Shown one piece after another: positions 26,101 to 39,294 of a stretch of DNA of 64,000 bases; positions within the stretch are counted from its first letter, which is position 1; every line of letters begins with the position of its first letter. Source of the stretch: Antedon mediterranea (taxonomy: Eukaryota > Animalia > Echinodermata); assembly GCF_964355755.1 (NCBI RefSeq), contig NC_092674.1, positions 31,062,001 to 31,126,000 on the forward strand, read 5' to 3'. Both the position numbers and the translations under genes were made by a program. The notes beneath the pieces were generated by a model. It saw nothing but the letters and a program-made list of their open reading frames with translations. It was not told the DNA's origin and did not search any database.

Positions 26101-28025
26101 TCTTGCAGGACAGGCTGATTGTTCCAAAGCAAGTTAAACCCCATCTTGCAGGACAGGCTGATTGTTCTAAAGCAAGTTAAACCCCATCTTGCAGGACAGG
26201 CTGATTGTTCCAAAGCAAGTTAAACCCCATCTTGCAGTACAGGCTGATTGTTCCAAAGCAAGTTAAACCCCATCTTGCAGGACAGGCTGATTGTTCCAAA
26301 GCAAGTTAAACCCCATCTTGCACGACAGGCTGATTGTTCCAAAGCAAGTTAAACCCCATCTTGCAGGACAGGCTGATTGTTCCAAAGCAAGTTAAACCTC
26401 ATCTTGCAGGACAGGCTGATTGTTCCAAAGCAAGTTAAACCCCATCTTGCACGACAGGCTGATTGTTCCAAAGCAAGTTAAACCCCATCTTGCAGGACAG
26501 GCTGATTGTTCCAAAGCAAGTTAAACCCCATCTTGCAGGGCAGGCTGATTGTTCCAAAGCAAGTTAAACCCCATCTTGCAGGACAGGCTGATTGTTCCAA
26601 AGCAAGTTAACCCCCATCTTGCACGACAGGCTGATTGTTCCAAAGCAAGTTAAACCCCATCTTGCAGGACAGGCTGATTGTTCCAAAGCAAGTTAAACCC
26701 CATCTTGCAGGACAGGCTGATTGTTCCAAAGCAAGTTAAACCCCATCTTGCAGGACAGGCTGATTGTTCCAAAGCAAGTTAAACCCCATCTTGCAGGACA
26801 GGCTGATTGTTCCAAAGCAAGTTAACCCCCATCTTGCAGGACAGGCTGATTGTTCCAAAGCAAGTTAAACCCCATCTTGCAGGACAGGCTGATTGTTCCA
26901 AAGCAAGTTAAACCCCATCTTGCAGGACAGGTTGATTGTTCCAAAGCAAGTTAACCCCCATCTTGCAGGACAGGCTGATTGTTCCAAAGCAAGTTAAACC
27001 CCATCTTGCAGGACAGGCTGATTGTTCCAAAGCAAGTTAAACCCCATCTTGCAGGACAGGCTGATTGTTCCAAAGCAAGTTAAACCCCATCTTGCAGGAC
27101 AGGCTGATTGTTCCAAAGCAAGTTAAACCCCATCTTGCAGGACAGGCTGATTGTTCTAAAGCAAGTTAAACCCCATCTTGCAGGACAGGCTGATTGTTCC
27201 AAAGCAAGTTAAACCCCATCTTGCACGACAGGCTGATTGTTCCAAAGCAAGTTAAACCCCATCTTGCACGACAGGCTGATTGTTCCAAAGCAAGTTAAAC
27301 CTCATCTTGCACGACAGGCTGATTGTTCCAAAGCAAGTTAAACCCCATCTTGCACGACAGGCTGATTGTTCCAAAGCAAGTTAAACCCCATCTTGCAGGA
27401 CAGGCTGATTGTTCCAAAGCAAGTTAAACCCCATCTTGCAGGACAGGCTGATTGTTCCAAAGCAAGTTAAACCCCATCTTGCAGGACAGGCTGATTGTTC
27501 CAAAGCAAGTTAAACCTCATCTTGCACGACAGACTGATTGTTCCAAAGCAAGTTAAACCCCATCTTGCAGGACAGGCTGATTGTTCCAAAGCAAGTTAAA
27601 CCCCATCTTGCAGGACAGGCTGATTGTTCCAAAGCAAGTTAAACCCCATCTTGCAGGACAGGCTGATTGTTCCAAAGCAAGTTAAACCCCATCTTGCAGG
27701 ACAGGCTGATTGTTCCAAAGCAAGTTAAACCCCATCTTGCAGGACAGGCTGATTGTTCCAAAGCAAGTTAAACCCCATCTTGCAGGACAGGCTGATTGTT
27801 CCAAAGCAAGTTAAACCCCATCTTGCACGACAGGCTGATTGTTCCAAAGCAAGTTAAACCTCATCTTGCACGACAGGCTGATTGTTCCAAAGCAAGTTAA
27901 ACCCCATCTTGCAGGACAGGCTGATTGTTCCAAAGCAAGTTAAACCCCATCTTGCAGGACAGGCTGATTGTTCCAAAGCAAGTTAAACCCCATCTTGCAC
28001 GACAGGCTGATTGTTCCAAAGCAAG
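23121..28025. repeat. Satellite array, 43-bp unit GCAAGTTAAACCCCATCTTGCAGGACAGGCTGATTGTTCCAAA, about 114 copies
   Basis: Exact 43-bp period (GCAAG at 23162, 23205, ...) over about 4.9 kb. Only a few recurrent point variants and no spacers. Confidence 0.98.
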
Positions 28026-28370
28026 ATCTATCATCATGTTAGCCTAATCATGCAGAATTACCTTACTTATTTCTCAATCTTTTTACTGTGTTTTTATATG
28101 TTTTACTCATTTATAATATAATCTAAGATAAAAACCTCAAAATAAAGAAATACTGGCCAACTGTATGTTGGTTTTCTGTAGAATGCTATGTAAATACCAG
28201 ATTATTAATATTATTATTTAACGAGTCGCTAGGGTTAGGATTAAATTGGTATTTGCCTTGACCTGATTCATCATTAATATCCACTACATTTGACATATTG
28301 CATTTTCAATTCCTATAACCAAATGATAAGTTGAAGCTTATTATCTTATTGAAGGATTCCTCTTTACTAA

Positions 28371-28592
28371 AGCTCTGTCTACACTATCAAACTTTATTTG
28401 ACAAAAAAAATGTGATGTGTCCATATGGACATGATGATGTCATATCACTACCATATTTGGGCACATCACTACCATATTTGGGCACATCACTACCATATTT
28501 GGGCACATCACTACCATATTTGGGCACATCACTACCATATTTGGGCACATCACACTTTTATGTTGAACTAGTTTGATAGTGTAGACAGAGCT
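28371..28592 (+). mobile_element. MITE family A, full-length copy with 5 internal 21-bp units
   Basis: Perfect 23-bp TIRs AGCTCTGTCTACACTATCAAACT / AGTTTGATAGTGTAGACAGAGCT. Confidence 0.93.
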
Positions 28593-31500
28593 CAAGAAAC
28601 CAACTTTTAGCTGTCAAAGAGGGGAGCTATATGTTGGTTTAGACAAAATTTTATTTCTCATATTTTCTATTTAGGTTCATCTACTATCTGTTATAAGATG
28701 GTGCACAAAATGTGTACTTTTGTGTTGTGTTTACCCCTTATTGTCCCCCTTATGTCCTTTAACATTTCGACATTTCAAAAGAACATAATAAAGTTGTCCG
28801 TACAGCTGTGGATATTTATGTGCAGATAATGTTGAAAATGATGTTTTAATGTAAACATTACAGTAGTATCATTTACTTGATGATCGTACAATATCATTTT
28901 CATGTGTTATATAATATTCTCAATAAGTTTCACTGTGTTTGTTGATAAAATGACTTGGAAAGAAGCGCATAGCATAAAGAAAAATAACTATTTATTATTA
29001 GATAAAAAACTCTACTTTTGCCATCCAACTCAAACATATTGGTATATGTCCTTTAGTTGGTTCACGAAATTGTCTGAGCATGCATTCAGTCAATACATTT
29101 TTTTTTTATATGTTGACTTCATTTGGGTGGGTCACTACATTTGAGGAATATGCTTATGCTCATTCTGTTCAGGGAGTATGGTTATAATTGAGTGTATGGA
29201 GTGTCCCTACTGTACCAACATAACTTTTTGTATAAAATTACTCTAAACTTGAGCCCAGGGAAAATGATAACAAACAACTATTTATCATACCTGATCTTCT
29301 AGGGGAATTCAAGGGGTTAGAGTTTATATGGATTAAGATCTGTTTCCTTTCTCTGAAGACCATTTATTTTCTCATATTTGTATTGTTTTTTTCTATTTGT
29401 CCTTTCTAATCCAATCATTGTCATTCAGATTTTCTGTGTTCATTTCTCCAGGGAGTATGGTTTACTTACATTTTATCTTCACAAAATATTCTTTCATCAT
29501 TCATTATACTCGCTGTTGTCTACAATTATCTGGTAAATGCACGTTTCTCTCCTGGGAAGGCGAGTTTCTTATATTTTATCCATATATTTAATATTCTTGC
29601 ATTGTTTTCATGATTGTCATCTTTATATATTTGTGTACGTTCAATAACTGCACCTATTTGATTTCTCAGGGGAAACAGGAAGATACTACACTCAAATTTT
29701 TACATAATAATCTTGCGTTGTACATAATTATTACCATGTATGCGTGTTTGCATAGTGTTCAATAAACGCGCCTTAACTGACTGTTTTCCATGTAACGTGA
29801 TAGTCCACATCGTGAACGCAGGATAATTAGTATCTTTGATTGACGCATCCACTTATATGCGGTGTAAACGGAAAGCATGACCTTATGGGTATTGGTTCTA
29901 GTCCTCTGCGGACGCAATGTAGGGTGGAAACTATGGTTGGTTAGGACAGCACATCTTTCTGAACCTTAATTGAGGGTCTTTAAATTGAGGGTCTTCGAAA
30001 CCTAGTGTTTAGTTTGTTGGTTGGTTAAGGGTGTCCAAGCTCCAGCTTCTTAACCTTTTGGTTGGTTGAGGTTGTCCATCCTCGCTGTACAGTTTGGTCG
30101 ATTGTCAACAAATTTATTTGACATTTTGAGGACTGACAGTCACTGATCTGCACATTCGTAAATAGCATGACCTTTGAACTCCATGGTACTGATGCTGCAG
30201 TACTTTTGTAGTATAATTAATGGCATGGTACTTTGATATTTCTAAGTTTTATTACCAATGACAAATTGATTGACTTATATCATAAATCATTTTGTTTGGC
30301 TTTCTAACTTCTTAAATTTCTATACTGAAAAAAATGTTAACTAATTTTTTTATTAACATTTTTCATTTTAATGTTTATGTATCAACTAAATACTGGATTT
30401 AAACATTAATTTCAGGTTCTGTAGTTTTAATCTTTACTTACTATCAACTTTCCTACTCAATCAAAATCAGAACAAACTCAGAGAAGTAGTTTAGGATTTT
30501 TGCAGTAAGCTAGAAAATGTAGAAACTCCAGGAAAAGACTGAAAATAGATCATTTAAACTTTCATTTCAGCTATTTTTAATTGAACTGTACTTAATAGAA
30601 AACTTTACTCAATCAGAAAATTAGCAAAATTTTGCAGTAAGCTAGAAAATGTAGTATGTAACTAAATTGTACCTCCAGGAAATACTGTTCTCATTATGTA
30701 AAAGATTGTTTACATAAACTTATAAAATAGATCATATGGCAGGATGTGTATGTAGATGTTTATTTATAGTGGCCAAGTAGCAATTAAAAAACTTAACAGA
30801 GATCTTTAACCAGTGCTCCGAATCTGTGCTACACTTTTTTGTGATTTCTTTTCTTCCTCGATTACATTTAAAATTTCAAATCATCATATAATTAACGATT
30901 CATTTTTTCAAATCATTTGTAATCATTGAAATCACTCTTTACTATATTTGTGTAATCATAATCATACTCAATTAACTATCAAATTATTCCATCATCACTT
31001 GAAGAAATTAACGAAGAGTAAATCTTTGTATTAATACATCTCAAATATTTTCACACAAACGGTTTAAACGTGCTTCTACAATAATAGTTGGTGTTATTGT
31101 TTATGAGTAAACAACTGTAAACTTGTCCAATAAAGTATATGGTGATGTTTTATGAGCTGTTGAACGTTTAACAAAGTAAACATTGTAAATGTTTTCTTAC
31201 ACAAGGGCGATTAAACGACAATAATGGAAGTGAAGTTTGATCAACAGACAAGTTTGAAATGGGTTTGTGTTTTTACGATAACAAGACCACAATTCATTGT
31301 GTTAAATGTCTGTTATTCATACTCATTTGCACACCTTCTAACAAACTTTAATATTCTCACTATTAGGTGACGTAAATTATACAGGATCCAAAATGTCTGT
31401 AATTATCTTTTTACACATTTATTAACAAAATATAGGGTTAGGGTTAGTCTTGATTTTATATGAGAAATGACATATGTTCACTGTTATTGTTTAATTCATA

Positions 31501-32384
31501 CTTTTTAACACATTTAAAGTACTTTTTAAGGTTTATAGTCAAACTTTACATATATAATGATTTCCAGAAAATTTAAACAATTTCCTAAACTTTTTTCTTT
31601 AGGCTAACTATTCACAATACAACAGCCGACTCTCTAAAAACCAGAAACTTTCCCAACAACTTTCTTAAGGTACAGAAAATCCAAAATTATTTTTTTATTA
31701 TTAAAAACACAATTGGAATACCAAATTTTCTGGAAAATCAGACATATGCCAGCCCAATGGTGGTCGGTGGGAAAGTCAACTGTAGTAAAAATGTTGCCAT
31801 TTTAAAAGGAAAAGGGAAAAAATGAAAAAAAGGGAAAAAATGGAAAAAAGGGGAAAAATTGAAATGGAAAATGTACATTCCATTGTTTATGTTAAAGACA
31901 AACTTATGTAAAAGTAAATTATTTGAAAATGTTGACCTCTTGATGTCTCCCTTTGTATGGTTATTAAACAAGTTTCTAATGGATTCAAAATGAAGCGTGT
32001 ATTTTGATACTCGGCAAGAAACAATAATGATATTAGTCTGCAATTACTGGCAAGCACAGTTCATTGAGGCTAAAACACCAATCGATTTCTGAATACTTAA
32101 TCTACCAATAATGTTAATTGATTGATTCTCATTATTTGTTTAATTGTTTAATGTTAATTAGTATTTTAATGTTGTATGTCTTATGATGTTGTATTTTTTG
32201 CCGACATATTCATGTCTTTTCTTTGGTGGGAATTCTGGCAGAACGCTGAACAACCTCTCAACCTTGCATACATTTTCTCTGAAATGCATTGAAATCAGGA
32301 GTAAGGAGCAGGAGTATTAATATTAAAACGTTCAGCAATTCAGACTTTTTTTTATATATTCTGCTAAGTAAAGCATAGTGTAAC

Positions 32385-32832
32385 CCATCAGATAAATGGT
32401 AGTCCCTAGATGAGGCTTGTGCACCCCTCATGGTGTCTCTCCATCAGATAAATGGTAGTCCCTAGACGAGGCTTGTGCACCCCTCATGGTGTCTCTCCAT
32501 CAGATAAATGGTAGTCCCTAGATGAGGCTTGTGCACCCCTCATGGTGTCTCTCCATCAGATAAATGGTAGTCCCTAGATGAGGCTTGTGCACCCCTCATG
32601 GTGTCTCTCCATCAGATAAATGGTAGTCCCTAGATGAGGCTTGTGCACCCCTCATGGTGTCTCTCCATCAGATAAATGGTAGTCCCTAGATGAGGCTTGT
32701 GCACCCCTCATGGTGTCTCTCCATCAGATAAATGGTAGTCCCTAGATGAGGCTTGTGCACCCCTCATGGTGTCTCTCCATCAGATAAATGGTAGTCCCTA
32801 GATGAGGCTTGTGCACCCCTCATGGTGTCTCT
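32385..32832. repeat. Minisatellite, 56-bp unit, 8 near-identical copies
   Basis: CCATCAGATAAATGG starts at 32385, 32441, ... 32777. Confidence 0.96.
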
Positions 32833-32873
32833 CAAACATTTCTTTTGTAGTATTTCCACTTACTCTTCCTTCC

Positions 32874-32976
32874 AGCTCTGTCTACATTATCAAAAAAAAA
32901 AAGTGTGATGTGCCCAAATGTGGAGTGATATGCTTAAATATGATTGTGATAAGACATTGATAGTGTAGACAGCGCT
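32874..32976 (-). mobile_element. MITE family A, internally deleted copy
   Basis: AGCTCTGTCTACATTATCAAA ... TTGATAGTGTAGACAGCGCT. Confidence 0.8.
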
Positions 32977-33270
32977 TTACTTTATTTTATAGCTTTTCAC
33001 AAATGATGATTAGTAATAATGTTCATTCAAAATGATTGCTATACACTTGTCAGGCATCTGTATCCTAATCTATACATCTCAGTTGAAGCCTAGTAGCCTA
33101 TTTTTTCTGATTTAATTTTTGAATGTGAAGTTCTGTATTATGAGCTTTTTATCATCCATTCATCTATTATTTTCATCATCCATTCATTTATTATTTTCGT
33201 CTTCTATTCATATATTTAGTTTTCATTTCTACATGTTCATCGTTATTGTATATTTACTATAGATTTTTAA

Positions 33271-33330
33271 TACAGTCGACTTTCCCAATAACGGACACGC
33301 TTGGGCTGGCATAATATGTCTGGTTTTCTC
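33271..33330 (+). mobile_element. Possible Tc1/mariner-pogo-type terminal remnant
   Basis: TA|CAGTCGACTTTCCCAATAACGGACAC resembles pogo/Tigger-like ends. No matching other end was seen. Confidence 0.35.
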
Positions 33331-34939
33331 TCGAATACTTTTACAGTATAACAAATAGTAGACTTTGATGTAAACTTGATTATCAACTTTAGATTTCAGT
33401 TTTAATCTTCATAACATCTTTAATACATTTTTAATACAATTTATGGCAAAGTTATACTTCTAATTGATTTTTAGTTTTAATTTATTCATTAGGTTATGAA
33501 ATTTAATATTTAAACAATTGCTCTCTTGAATAAGGTATGCCTGTAATTATGCATGTAATTAATTAAAACTCTGGTAAGTTATTCAGTTCCAAGAAAGACA
33601 GACGACCCTAGATTGTATATCAATATGAATACAGTACAGGTAGAGAATGTTAAGATTTAGTAACATCTGTGTTATAAGGCTTAGGATCATGATGATGAGA
33701 ATGCACTATTGTGTTGCTTGTATAAACTGTTTGTGAACAGGCCCAACTACTGTGAACTAAAGCTGCATTCACACTGAGTCAGGAATAAGTAGTTATGAAA
33801 TGTTAGATTTTTTCGTATTCTATACGGCACCCGGAATGAGTTTGTAACCGGTTCTAGTTTTAAAACACTACACCAATTTTTCATTCTTTCTTTATCTGGC
33901 CACCAAACCTTGCTAAATTAATTTGAACATGTTATGCCAAATCCATGAATCTGGAACATTTTCAAAATAAGCAATCACAACAAATTCTGAATTATTTACT
34001 AATGTAAATTCTACAGATGTACAAAATTGTCTTTGTTAAAGTTAATGGCATGTTCTAAATTTGAACGGCTTACACAAAGCAGTTCTTGTCCACAGAATAG
34101 TACAATAATCTGATGTACAATATTGAAATTGTATTTTCTATTGTTCATAGCAATTTAACTTAAGCATATTTTAATTTTAGTTGTAATTGTTTGCAAACAG
34201 TATATTATTATGATGATGATTACAATTTATGAGATACCTGCATTACAATTTCTGCTCACTCCAATTGATGTTTTTAAATTGTTTTATGCATAAATAATAA
34301 TTTTATTAGGATTTTTAATTTTCCTTTTTTTTCTCTCTTTCATGTGTGTAACCCACATTTATTAATTCTTTTCAGAACATTTAGGTAAAATCACAGAAAT
34401 ATGATTATAAAAAATTGGTTGGTTGCCCAAATGAAAATCACAAAATTATTTGAAATAAAACCAGTTATTCATGTAGATTAGTTCATTGTTAGATACTAAC
34501 AATTAAAATTTAAATCTAGAACAATTTTAAAATAGCATTTAAAAAATACATACAGGTCCATTTTTACTGTTGAAAAAAAACATTTTCCAAATGTAGTTTA
34601 TGATTAATGCCTTAGTTGCATAAATGGACAAAAATAACTCTGAAATGAAGTCTGTTTCTGCAAACCTAGAATTACTTATTTGACGTAGATGGATGGTAGT
34701 GAAAATCAAATGATATTGGTAAACCTAGCCATCGGCAACTTTCTCAATATGTTTCCATGGAAAATTCAGAAATGTTTTTGGTAATCTAGTTTTTTGGGGT
34801 TGGTGAGAAAATGTATAAAGAACGACAAATTATGCTTCCTTTTACTTGCTATATGGAGGTTAACTTAACTAAATTAATGTTCCAATTTGTTTTTCTGTAA
34901 AGAATTTAACTCAAAGATAGTTAAATAATTAACATTTTG

Positions 34940-35215
34940 TTATCCTTATCATCACCATAATTTCATCATTACCATCGTTGTATCATCTTTATAATTTATC
35001 TTTATCATCATCTTCCTTATCATAATTCCATCATCATCTTTATCATCATTTCATCATCATAATTTCATCATTATCTTTATCACAATTTCATCATCATCAT
35101 CCTGTCAAAATGTTATCATCATCCTTATCATTATTAATCATCATCATTATCAGTATATTATATTTATCGTTATAATCCTTGTTATCATAATTTCATCATC
35201 AATCACCTTATCACT
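34940..35215. repeat. Degenerate (ATC)n low-complexity tract
   Basis: Runs of ATCATC/TTATC. Confidence 0.8.
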
Positions 35216-38200
35216 TTTCTAATCATTGTAATTATTTATGTAAATTACAACTTTACTAATATATGTGCAATATATAAATAATAAGTACTATCAATATTAT
35301 TAATGCAAAAACTTGTCCAATACTGTGTGATTAATTTAAAATATCATCCCTAATAAAAATTACTTGTAGAATGAAACTATATTATTACAGTTAACTATTG
35401 ATAAGCGATCATTTAATATAACTATTTTAACCATTTGAAAATTGGTTAAATTTCCATCAAAATATAAGTAATGCCATTCAACGAGTATATCATTGATTAG
35501 ACAATTAAGAACATATATGAACCAACTGCATTAGCTACATCAGCATGCATATCTAATTTCAGTTGGATTATCATTTTTGTGATGAAATATAAAAAATATA
35601 CACTCGTTTACGAAACCAGGACTGTGAAAATTTCTGGGTACCCTGCCTAGAATAATTGTTCTACTTGTTTTAAACCATGTTACCTGCCCAATCCTATTGT
35701 CTTACTTGTTATAAATCCGTAATTCCATTGTTTAGAAACGTGTGTCTATTTTAAACTATTGTCATATCTGTTATAAGTCCTAGTGGTGATTGTTTTTCAG
35801 TATCAGCATTGATTTTGGCTTGTGACTAGGCATGATGTGAGCTCAAACACCCATAATAAAACAACTGTAAACGTCATCTGAATTTTGTGCAACACATTTA
35901 TTAAGAAAAGTCAACAAAATGAACAATATATTTTATCGAGTATGATATTTTACAGAAAGCATGTCAACCCTCCTCTATATACAACCTATTGTTCTTTACT
36001 TTTTGTATTATTACAATAGTTAACTACAAATTGCACATCTTATATCTACAGATTATTACTGAAACCATGTATGAAATTAGAAAGAAATTTGCATAAATTA
36101 ACATTTTAACAATAGCACATTTTTTATTTAAAGAAAGGCACTCCGTCCAAACCATGCTATTTTTTTTATTAACATACAGAAATAATTCTATCAATGAATA
36201 TTTTTATATTAAACAACAAATAGGTGGATTTAAATTATTTGTAGAACCATATAAACACTTTTCACCAATAAATAATGCACAAATATGGTCATGCATTTTT
36301 ATACGCTTGTTTATCTCTGTATAGCTTTTGGTATATAGCAAAGTGTTGAAGAATGATAATAGTAATTACGTTGGATGACGTCAACACTATAATATTGTTG
36401 TGTAGCTGCAAATTATATATGGAAAGCGTCCAAAGCATTAAGTAATATTTCCATTTTTTTTACATTTTGGACCAAGATAATAAACTAGGCTGATGTTGAT
36501 TTGGGATATTTTAAATACACATTTTAAAAACAATAATTAAGTCCGCAAAAAAAAGAAGCAGTGAATGCAAACAAATTAGGATGAAGAAATACATAGTGGT
36601 ATATACATGTACAAGGCTATGACATACAAGGTGGAAATACTATAATATAATAGATCTGAACTGTGGATTGAACAAAGTCACATAAAAAAAAATCTAGATT
36701 TTGAATTATTTGTTTGTTCTCACAAATTAAAGTTTATTAGGTCGCCGCTATTAATACGAGGTTCTCAATAAAGCTTGAATAAATATTTGCTGAATTATCA
36801 GAATTGCGAACAAGAAAGATTAGCTAAAGAGGTTTCCCAAACATTAGAAAATGTTAAAGCGCTGCTTTCATTAACAGACGCCAAAAGGTCTGAGATTTAA
36901 GTAATAAGAATTACATAGGTTTGGTAGGGACTAATAAATTTACCCCCTTCACATTTTATCGTAATTGGTGCAACAAATTTAGAAGCGTGAGTTGTTTTTA
37001 TAGTCATGTTTGAAATGTTGTTCTAATGTTGGGAATGACAATTTGATGGAACAACTTGGAATGTGTGTATAAACCATGAAATGTTTAAAATGTCAACAAG
37101 TAATAACTCTAAAATTATTCTTTTTGTGAACTATAAAAAATATACAAAATAAGCACATTAGCGGTTTCAGTTTGAAATTTCACATGTAATCATTTATTTG
37201 AAATTAGCAAACAGAATAATTAAAATGTTTTTTACTATTTTATTTGGAATGAGTTGAAAGCAGAACATAAAACAACATATCATCACATGCAAAATTATTT
37301 GTAAACTTATGTTATTTAAAACTTATATACAAAATGTTAAACATTAATGGAGGCCCAGCTCCTAACATAAAATAAATTAGAAAAATATTTTGTTTTTGTG
37401 TCACAAACCTTGCAAAAAATAATGAATTTTAACTAAAAAAAACACATTAAATATGCCTAAATATGGGCAAAACACAACTTAAAATAGGCCTAAATATGGG
37501 CAAAACATGAAAAACATGAAATAGGCCTAAATATGAAATACAATAGGCCTAGGCTAAATAATAGTAAAACACTTTGAAACTCATCATTATTAAACTTAAT
37601 ACTGTAGGTTTTATTTGAGTGCAAAGTGAATGAATATTATTTTTTTGGTATGTGTTATTTTACAATATCTATCCAACCCTATGTTATCCCTGGTTATCTC
37701 TATTTCTGTATACAGTATCATGCTTTTCATGTAAGTTAAACACTGTATTCTTCTTGAAAATCTTTAATATATAGCACCTAACAGGTCCAAGAACCAAACA
37801 TAATCTATTTATAGATCGATACACAAAAATAATTGTAGAAACCAGTCAGTTAGTTACAGAGTTACTCAATCGTATTCAAATCATTTCTTCATATTGTTCA
37901 TTTTAAATATAAACATTATTCCACGATTGTGGAGACAAATTTGGCAAATATTTTGCACAAGTTTTGTAAACACAATTAATAGTATGTTAAGTCGTGCATG
38001 CAATTGTTATATATGAAAATAATAAACAAATGATGCCTTGTTTTTTCTTATAGAATGAAGAAACTTATCCAAACACGATGATTGGTCATTCTGACATCAT
38101 CAAGGACAAGGTAAGCGAGAACCAGGTTGAATTATCTAATTTAGCATAAATTCCAATTAAAGAATTAAAATTACTCATGTCTATTCTTACTTTTATGATA

Positions 38201-38575
38201 AATATATATTTGTTCATTTAATTATCGCAAAAAATGACAATATAATTTCATTAATGTTTGTACCATTACATTGTATAATAAAATACCTTAAAATGGATAG
38301 AAATTAAAATGTGTTGTACATTTAAGCAATGGATTATTTTTATGTTTTTTTTTACAAAATTATGCATTTTAATACAATACTTATTCTTTAAAAACTTGAA
38401 ATGAAAAACATAAATTAATAAATTTCTGTGAAATGTCTGAAATAGCACATTGATTGCATGCCTTATAGAACTTTGAACAAAGTGACTCAATTGTATAGTT
38501 TTACAGCATTGAAAAGAGTCACATAGCTCAATTTAAGGTCTTAGGCGGCAAATTGTTCTGCATTTAAAAATTTCA

Positions 38576-39294
38576 TCAAACCCACTCAGAGAAAAATAAT
38601 TTTTCGGTGGTTGGAGTCAATTTATCAGGGTCATACATTGGATCCCTGTGACCTCTCCCTGGCATGGTAGAGTAGGTACAAAGGTCATCTGGGTCATCTG
38701 TTAATGCAGAACACGCTAAATTGTCTGAACTATTTCCCCTCGATGTAATCACTCCAGAATCGTTGCGTAAAAGACCTAACGAAGCACATGTTTGGGGTAA
38801 CACAGAACAGCTACTACTCCGACCTGTATAATCTTCATAGTTTTTAGAAGCAGGGGCGTTATTTCCCCTCTCACGATGGAAAGTTACTCTTCCATCAATT
38901 GTTCCTGAGTTTTTCAAATCTAAATCACTATTTTCGTGTGGATCCTCATGAATAGGTGTCAACGGTTGACCTCCCGGTGATTTGACTCGCGCATTATCAG
39001 GGTCTTCTATACTCCGGTTTCCCGAAACAGCCACGAGTCCTGAAGCAGAAACTATTTGTGGACATGACGCTGCCATACGCACGTTATCCCCTGGGTCAAA
39101 GGTCGACAGATAACTGTTCGTATTAGGACTTTGTCGTGGTCCGTGGTTGACATTTTGAAAATTTGCTGCAATTTGACGTTGCTTGGTGATTAATACTGGG
39201 TCCTGGTTAGGGTCGGGCATCCAACAGAGGTCTGAATGTCCTAGTATCTTGCAGTCTGGTGTGCAGTGAGGGCTAGCCATGTACGTTCCTCTGT
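38576..39294 (-). CDS. Protocadherin terminal coding exon containing CM2 motif, WIRS-like LSTF, RVTF and C-terminal SEWV
   Basis: Acceptor TTTAAACAG at 39295 gives the phase-1 join needed (..LK-N-RGTYMASPH..). CTPDCKILGHSDLCWMP is a textbook CM2 (CTxxCxxxGHSDxCWMP). Stop TGA at 38578-38576. Confidence 0.92.

Noticed and set aside
23121-28025. CRISPR-like array
   Set aside because: The units are contiguous with no unique spacers, there are no cas genes, and the context is eukaryotic. It is a satellite.
28331-28576. ORF with SLPYLGT repeats
   Set aside because: It is a translation of the 21-bp internal repeat of MITE family A.
31434-31447. Telomeric TTAGGG-like sequence
   Set aside because: Only about two units, which is chance level.
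32385-32832. Tandem hammerhead ribozyme (retrozyme-like) array
   Set aside because: The minus strand has CTGATGG rather than CTGANGA, and there is no correctly placed GAAA.
47-37000. Remaining short ORFs in the track
   Set aside because: They are 60-100 aa, biased to F/I/L/K as expected from AT-rich non-coding DNA, and show no motifs.
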